The position numbers and the translations under genes were made by a program. Of a DNA stretch of 32,000 nucleotides, positions 29,456-32,000 are shown piece after piece (the stretch's first letter is position 1; every line of letters begins with the position of its first letter). The notes under the pieces are model-generated. The model saw only the letters and a list, made by a program, of their open reading frames with translations. It was not told the origin of the DNA and did not search any database. Source of the stretch: Propionibacterium freudenreichii subsp. freudenreichii (lineage in GTDB: Bacteria > Actinomycetota > Actinomycetes > Propionibacteriales > Propionibacteriaceae); NCBI RefSeq assembly GCF_000940845.1, contig NZ_CP010341.1, positions 2,070,001 through 2,102,000 of the forward strand, in the 5' to 3' direction.

Positions 29456-29683
29456 TCACTGCTTGCCCTTCGGCGATGACGCGTCGCCGTCCACGACCGT
29501 GGGCGTGCTCGGTTGCACCACCACCAGGGTGGGCCGCTGCACCCCTGCCGCCTGCGCCTCGGCGGGTGAGACGAATGTCATGCCGCCCAGTGCGATCGCC
29601 GCGGCCGAGCCGAGCGCCACGAAACGGCGACGCCACGGATGCCTGTTCACCGACACTTCCTGTGGTCCATTCATCGTGTTCAT
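29456..29683 (-). CDS. Small secreted peptide precursor with a Tat-type signal (75 aa)
   Basis: MNTMNGPQEVSVNRHPWRRRFVALGSAAAIALGGMTFVSPAEA|QAAGVQRPTLVVVQPSTPTVVDGDASSPKGKQ. About 83% GC3. GC hairpin at 29409-29452 downstream. The SD is weak. Confidence 0.5.
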   Translation of the reverse strand: MNTMNGPQEVSVNRHPWRRRFVALGSAAAIALGGMTFVSPAEAQAAGVQRPTLVVVQPSTPTVVDGDASSPKGKQ

Positions 29684-29854
29684 GGCCCCAGAATTGGCGC
29701 GGAGCCTGTGCGTGTCTTGTGAGGCCCGTTCCCCGGGGATGTGACTTCCGGTGGTGCCCCGCAGGGCGCTCGCTACAGTCGTGGCAAGGCCCATCAGCAC
29801 CCCCATCGAACCCCTGCCAGCCCAGTTCCCGCCGACCCGACGCGAAGGAGTCCC

Positions 29855-31762
29855 ATGGCCACCCCCCGGGGCTCACGCCCACCCGGTGATTCAATCCGGG
29901 GCTCCCGCCCACCAGCCGACCCCATCCGGGGCTCCCGCCCACCAGCCGACCCCATCCGGGGCTCCCGCCCACCAGCCGACCCCATCCGGGGCTCCCGCCC
30001 ACCGGCCGACCACCCCCGCCCCACGATGGTGCGTCCGCACTGGGCACTGCTGGAGGGCCGGGCCGGATTCGCCCACGACGACCAGGACGTCGGCCTGCGC
30101 CAGGGATGGTTCCGCGAGGGCCGCGACGCACAGGCCTTCGACCGCACGATCAGGCTGCCGTTCCCACCCGAGTCGCGCGCCTCGGGCATCGGCGACACCG
30201 GCTTCCATCCGGTGGTCTGGTACCGCATCGCCATTCCCGCCGGCATGCTGGAATCGCTGGGCCATGGCCCCGGCCGGCGGCTGCTGGTGCACTTCGGCGC
30301 CGTCGACCATGACGCCATCGTCTGGGTGGACGGCACGGAGGCCGGCAGCCACCAGGGCGGCCAGAGCGCCTTCACCCTGGACATCACCGACTGCCTCGGC
30401 CCCGGACCCGACCACCACATCGTGGTGCGCGCCCACGACGACCCCACCGACCGCAGCCAGCTGCGGGGCAAGCAGGACTGGCAACCCCGCCCGCACGCCA
30501 TCTGGTACGAACGCTCCACCGGCATCTGGCGCCCGGTCTGGCTGGAATCGGTGCCAGACACCCACATCAGCCAGCTCAGTTGGCGGGTGTCGCTGCGCGA
30601 GGGCACCGCCATCGCACTGATCGAGCTCAACCACGCGCCGCGCCGCGGTGTGCCCGTGACGGTGACCCTGGGGCTCGGCGGCAAGCCCATCGCCGCCACC
30701 CGTGCCACCCTGCGCGAACGCGCCGGACGGATCCGGGTGAGCATCCCCCACGCCCGCCGCTGGGCATGGTCGCCCGCCAACCCCCAACTGCTCGACGCCA
30801 CCATCAGCGCCGGCGACGACCGTGTGACGAGCTACGTGGGAATGCGCGACGTCAGCGTCGGCACGCGCCGATTGGAGATCAACGGCCAACCGACCTACCT
30901 GCGCCAGGTACTGGAGCAGTGCTACTGGCCCGACAGCCTCTACACGCCGCCGGACGTGCAGGCCCTGGACGACGAGCTCGCCCTGATCGCCGGCCTCGGC
31001 TTCAACGGCCTGCGCATCCACCAGCAGACCCCCGATCCCCGCCTGCTGTACCGCGCCGACCGGGCCGGGCTGCTGGTCTTCGCCGAGATCGGCAATGCAA
31101 TGGAGTACACCCCGCTCGCGGCCCGCCGGTTGCGCCGCGAATGGAGCGACACGGTGCTGGCCACCCGCAGCCACCCGAGCATCGTGTGCTGGGTGCCGAT
31201 CAACGAGTCGTGGGGCGTGCCGGGGATCGCCCACGACGCCGAACAGGCCGCCTTCGCCACGGCGATGGCCACGCTCACCCGCCACCTCGACCCGACCCGG
31301 CCAGCCCTATCCAACGACGGCTGGCAGCACGTCGACTCCGACCTGCTCACCCTCCACGACTACACGGCCCGCGCCGTGGTGCTGCGTCGCCGCTATCGCC
31401 ACAAGGGCGTCCAACGACTGCGCACCCGCGACCAGGTGGGCCCGGCGGCTCGTTTCATCGTGCTGGGCGACGAACAACGCACCCAGCTACCGATGCTGCT
31501 CGACGAATGTGGCGGCGTGCGCTTCGCCCCCGGCGCGGCCCGCCGCGGTGGCGGCTGGGGCTATTCGTCGGTGCGCACCGCGCGGGGCTTCCGTCGTCGC
31601 CTCGCCGCGATCATGACCGCCATCCGGTCAAGCGATGCGCTGGGCGGGTTCTGCTGGACCCAGCTCACCGACACCGCCCAGGAGGTCAACGGGCTGTGCG
31701 ACGAACAGCGTCGTCCCAAGCTCGACCCTGAGCAGCTGCGCGCGATCTTCGGACCGCGGTAG
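29855..31762 (+). CDS. Glycoside hydrolase family 2 enzyme with a repeat-containing N-terminus
   Basis: GAAGGAG SD 4 nt before ATG 29855. GH2 patterns LLVHFGAVDHDAIVWVDGTEAGSHQGGQSAFTLDIT, GIWRPVWLE, WVPINESWG and LLDECGG. No signal peptide. Confidence 0.85.
   Translation: MATPRGSRPPGDSIRGSRPPADPIRGSRPPADPIRGSRPPADPIRGSRPPADHPRPTMVRPHWALLEGRAGFAHDDQDVGLRQGWFREGRDAQAFDRTIRLPFPPESRASGIGDTGFHPVVWYRIAIPAGMLESLGHGPGRRLLVHFGAVDHDAIVWVDGTEAGSHQGGQSAFTLDITDCLGPGPDHHIVVRAHDDPTDRSQLRGKQDWQPRPHAIWYERSTGIWRPVWLESVPDTHISQLSWRVSLREGTAIALIELNHAPRRGVPVTVTLGLGGKPIAATRATLRERAGRIRVSIPHARRWAWSPANPQLLDATISAGDDRVTSYVGMRDVSVGTRRLEINGQPTYLRQVLEQCYWPDSLYTPPDVQALDDELALIAGLGFNGLRIHQQTPDPRLLYRADRAGLLVFAEIGNAMEYTPLAARRLRREWSDTVLATRSHPSIVCWVPINESWGVPGIAHDAEQAAFATAMATLTRHLDPTRPALSNDGWQHVDSDLLTLHDYTARAVVLRRRYRHKGVQRLRTRDQVGPAARFIVLGDEQRTQLPMLLDECGGVRFAPGAARRGGGWGYSSVRTARGFRRRLAAIMTAIRSSDALGGFCWTQLTDTAQEVNGLCDEQRRPKLDPEQLRAIFGPR
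29866..30015 (+). repeat. 30-bp tandem repeat, 5 copies (three identical central copies, diverged outer copies)
   Basis: Unit CCGGGGCTCCCGCCCACCAGCCGACCCCAT at 29896, 29926 and 29956. Diverged copies at 29866 and 29986. In frame with the GH2 CDS, encoding (GSRPPADPIR)n. Confidence 0.95.
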
Positions 31763-31899
31763 TACGGCTCGTTTCGCGCGCAGCGCTAGCCTCGATGACT
31801 GGAGTTGGCCCCGTCAGCCCGCCAGGGCAGGTTCGCGGGCCACCGTGCGCCGGGGACACCTGCGCCAACCAGAGGACCATGCGCTCATAGGAGGACACA

Positions 31900-32000
31900 T
31901 TGGCAACGCTGACGGTGACCGAGCAGAACTTCACCGAGACCATCGAGGGCAACCAGATCGTGTTGCTCGACTTCTGGGCGTCGTGGTGTGGCCCTTGCAT
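31900..32000 (+). CDS. trxA: Thioredoxin, N-terminal fragment (runs off the window end)
   Basis: TTG start 6 nt after AGGAGGA. Translates to (M)[32 protein letters not shown], with the WCGPC active site. Confidence 0.85.
   Translation, partial: MATLTVTEQNFTETIEGNQIVLLDFWASWCGPC

Noticed and set aside
29866-30015. A regular 30-bp repeat array that could be mistaken for a CRISPR array.
   Set aside because: The units are contiguous with no spacers, lie in frame inside a CDS, and no cas genes are nearby. It is a tandem repeat.

Overview
High-GC actinobacterial chromosome, Propionibacteriaceae-like by gene content and composition (inference only). Most of the window is conserved core. It holds purA, an aldehyde dehydrogenase, a nucleoside hydrolase, a YhhQ-type transporter, and a class A PBP with a metallophosphoesterase next to whiB. 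It also holds a DUF4177-RidA-nth-Nudix-S4 block that I recall resembles a mycobacterial gene neighbourhood, divergent ptsI/ptsH, and the start of a thioredoxin gene. Three accessory patches sit inside this core. (1) 6.6-13.2 kb: two translationally coupled Ogt paralogs, a Tat-lipoprotein multicopper oxidase, and an intact IS3-family element with a 3-bp TSD. The IS sits 18 bp upstream of a 59-aa membrane micro-ORF that is coupled to a processive GT2 polysaccharide synthase. This patch ends at the 3' end of tRNA-Pro(CGG). (2) 22.1-24.8 kb: a Cu(I) P1B-ATPase whose N-terminus has three CPMHP...CPxCGM modules and a His/Met-rich linker instead of a classical HMA domain. A C/G-tract palindrome of CsoR/RcnR operator type lies upstream, with no regulator gene nearby. 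(3) 24.9-31.8 kb: a GT-C membrane glycosyltransferase, a frameshifted ~537-aa polytopic membrane protein gene, and an ISL3 element with a perfect 8-bp TSD and a frameshifted transposase inserted at that gene's ribosome-binding site. This patch also has a small Tat-signal peptide gene and a GH2 hydrolase with an in-frame 30-bp x5 tandem repeat at its N-terminus. No CRISPR array, rRNA gene or recognisable defence or toxin-antitoxin locus was seen. Many long ORFs in the track are antisense or off-frame artefacts of high GC content.
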